From a virus: DNA of 39,997 bases. The translations under genes and the position numbers were made by a program. The stretch is taken from IMG/VR virus record IMGVR_UViG_3300024307_000002, one strand, 5' to 3'. Shown piece after piece: positions 39,871 through 39,997 of this stretch. Every line of letters begins with the position of its first letter. Position 1 is the first letter of the stretch. A model generated the notes under the pieces. That model was given only the letters and a program-made list of their open reading frames with translations. It was not told the origin of the DNA and made no database searches.

Positions 39871-39997
39871 GTAACGTGAGCGTTGGCACAAGGCGTTGGC
39901 ATCCGATTGGAGGATGCCGCGTCGGTGCTAGGCTCAAGAGATTGACGCGAGCTAACTAGGTCTGTTGGCTCACAGCGCGAGTCGAGAAGTCAACCGG
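39871..39997. repeat. Terminal direct repeat, copy 2 (identical to 1..127)
   Basis: Exact 127-bp identity with the window start. Confidence 0.95.

Noticed and set aside
1-39997. CRISPR arrays, a diversity-generating retroelement or retron (reverse transcriptase plus template/variable repeats), and toxin-type defence operons
   Set aside because: There are no regularly spaced repeats, and no ORF carries reverse-transcriptase or Cas-like motifs. The repeats present are short regulatory or junction repeats, which are listed separately.

Overview
The window is one complete, circularly closed temperate phage genome. Bases 1-127 recur exactly at 39871-39997, giving a unit length of 39,870 bp. It is GC-rich, tightly packed and has no host flanks.

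Gene layout:
- Late virion module on the + strand (794-17281). Its order resembles the P22-type short-tailed order: small and large terminase, portal, scaffold, coat, head-completion proteins, a block of large Q/G/A-rich putative ejection proteins, a tail fiber, and an SGNH-esterase-type tailspike. There is no tape measure, tube or sheath gene.
- Lysis cassette (17650-18884): two holin-like proteins, a GH24 lysozyme, and Rz with an embedded Rz1.
- Accessory region (18881-21058): an HTH-fused calcineurin/Mre11-type metallophosphoesterase, an ORF-free stretch carrying a tRNA-like fragment, and two small minus-strand genes.
- attP, built from a tRNA 3'-end core flanked by AATCCCGC repeats, followed by a tyrosine integrase (+) and a convergent excisionase (-).
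- A long leftward early operon (29912 down to 22319) whose genes are almost all joined by ATGA-type overlaps. It includes RecT, a YqaJ-type exonuclease, an XRE regulator, zinc-ribbon paralogues and a PIETAP-motif protein.
- An immunity region with a cI-like repressor that lacks a peptidase domain and is co-oriented with two small genes, GTACAC operator repeats, and a Cro-like gene.
- An inserted HNH-AP2 endonuclease island.
- A rightward operon with O-like and P-like replication genes (iterons lie inside the O-like gene), NinB, NinG and a Q-like late regulator.

I found no CRISPR array, reverse transcriptase, complete tRNA or rRNA.

The most unusual items are:
- a near-consensus late promoter that feeds a ~190-nt terminated leader;
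- a ~600-bp ORF-free, hairpin-dense region before terS;
- three tRNA T-arm-like fragments;
- the HTH-phosphoesterase accessory gene;
- a 191-aa protein colinear with the C5-cytosine-methyltransferase motifs but lacking the SAM loop and target-recognition domain;
- a fossil SGNH C-terminus behind the tailspike;
- several strongly supported genes shorter than the 60-aa cutoff of the ORF track.

All functional calls come from motifs, size and synteny read by eye. No database search was run.
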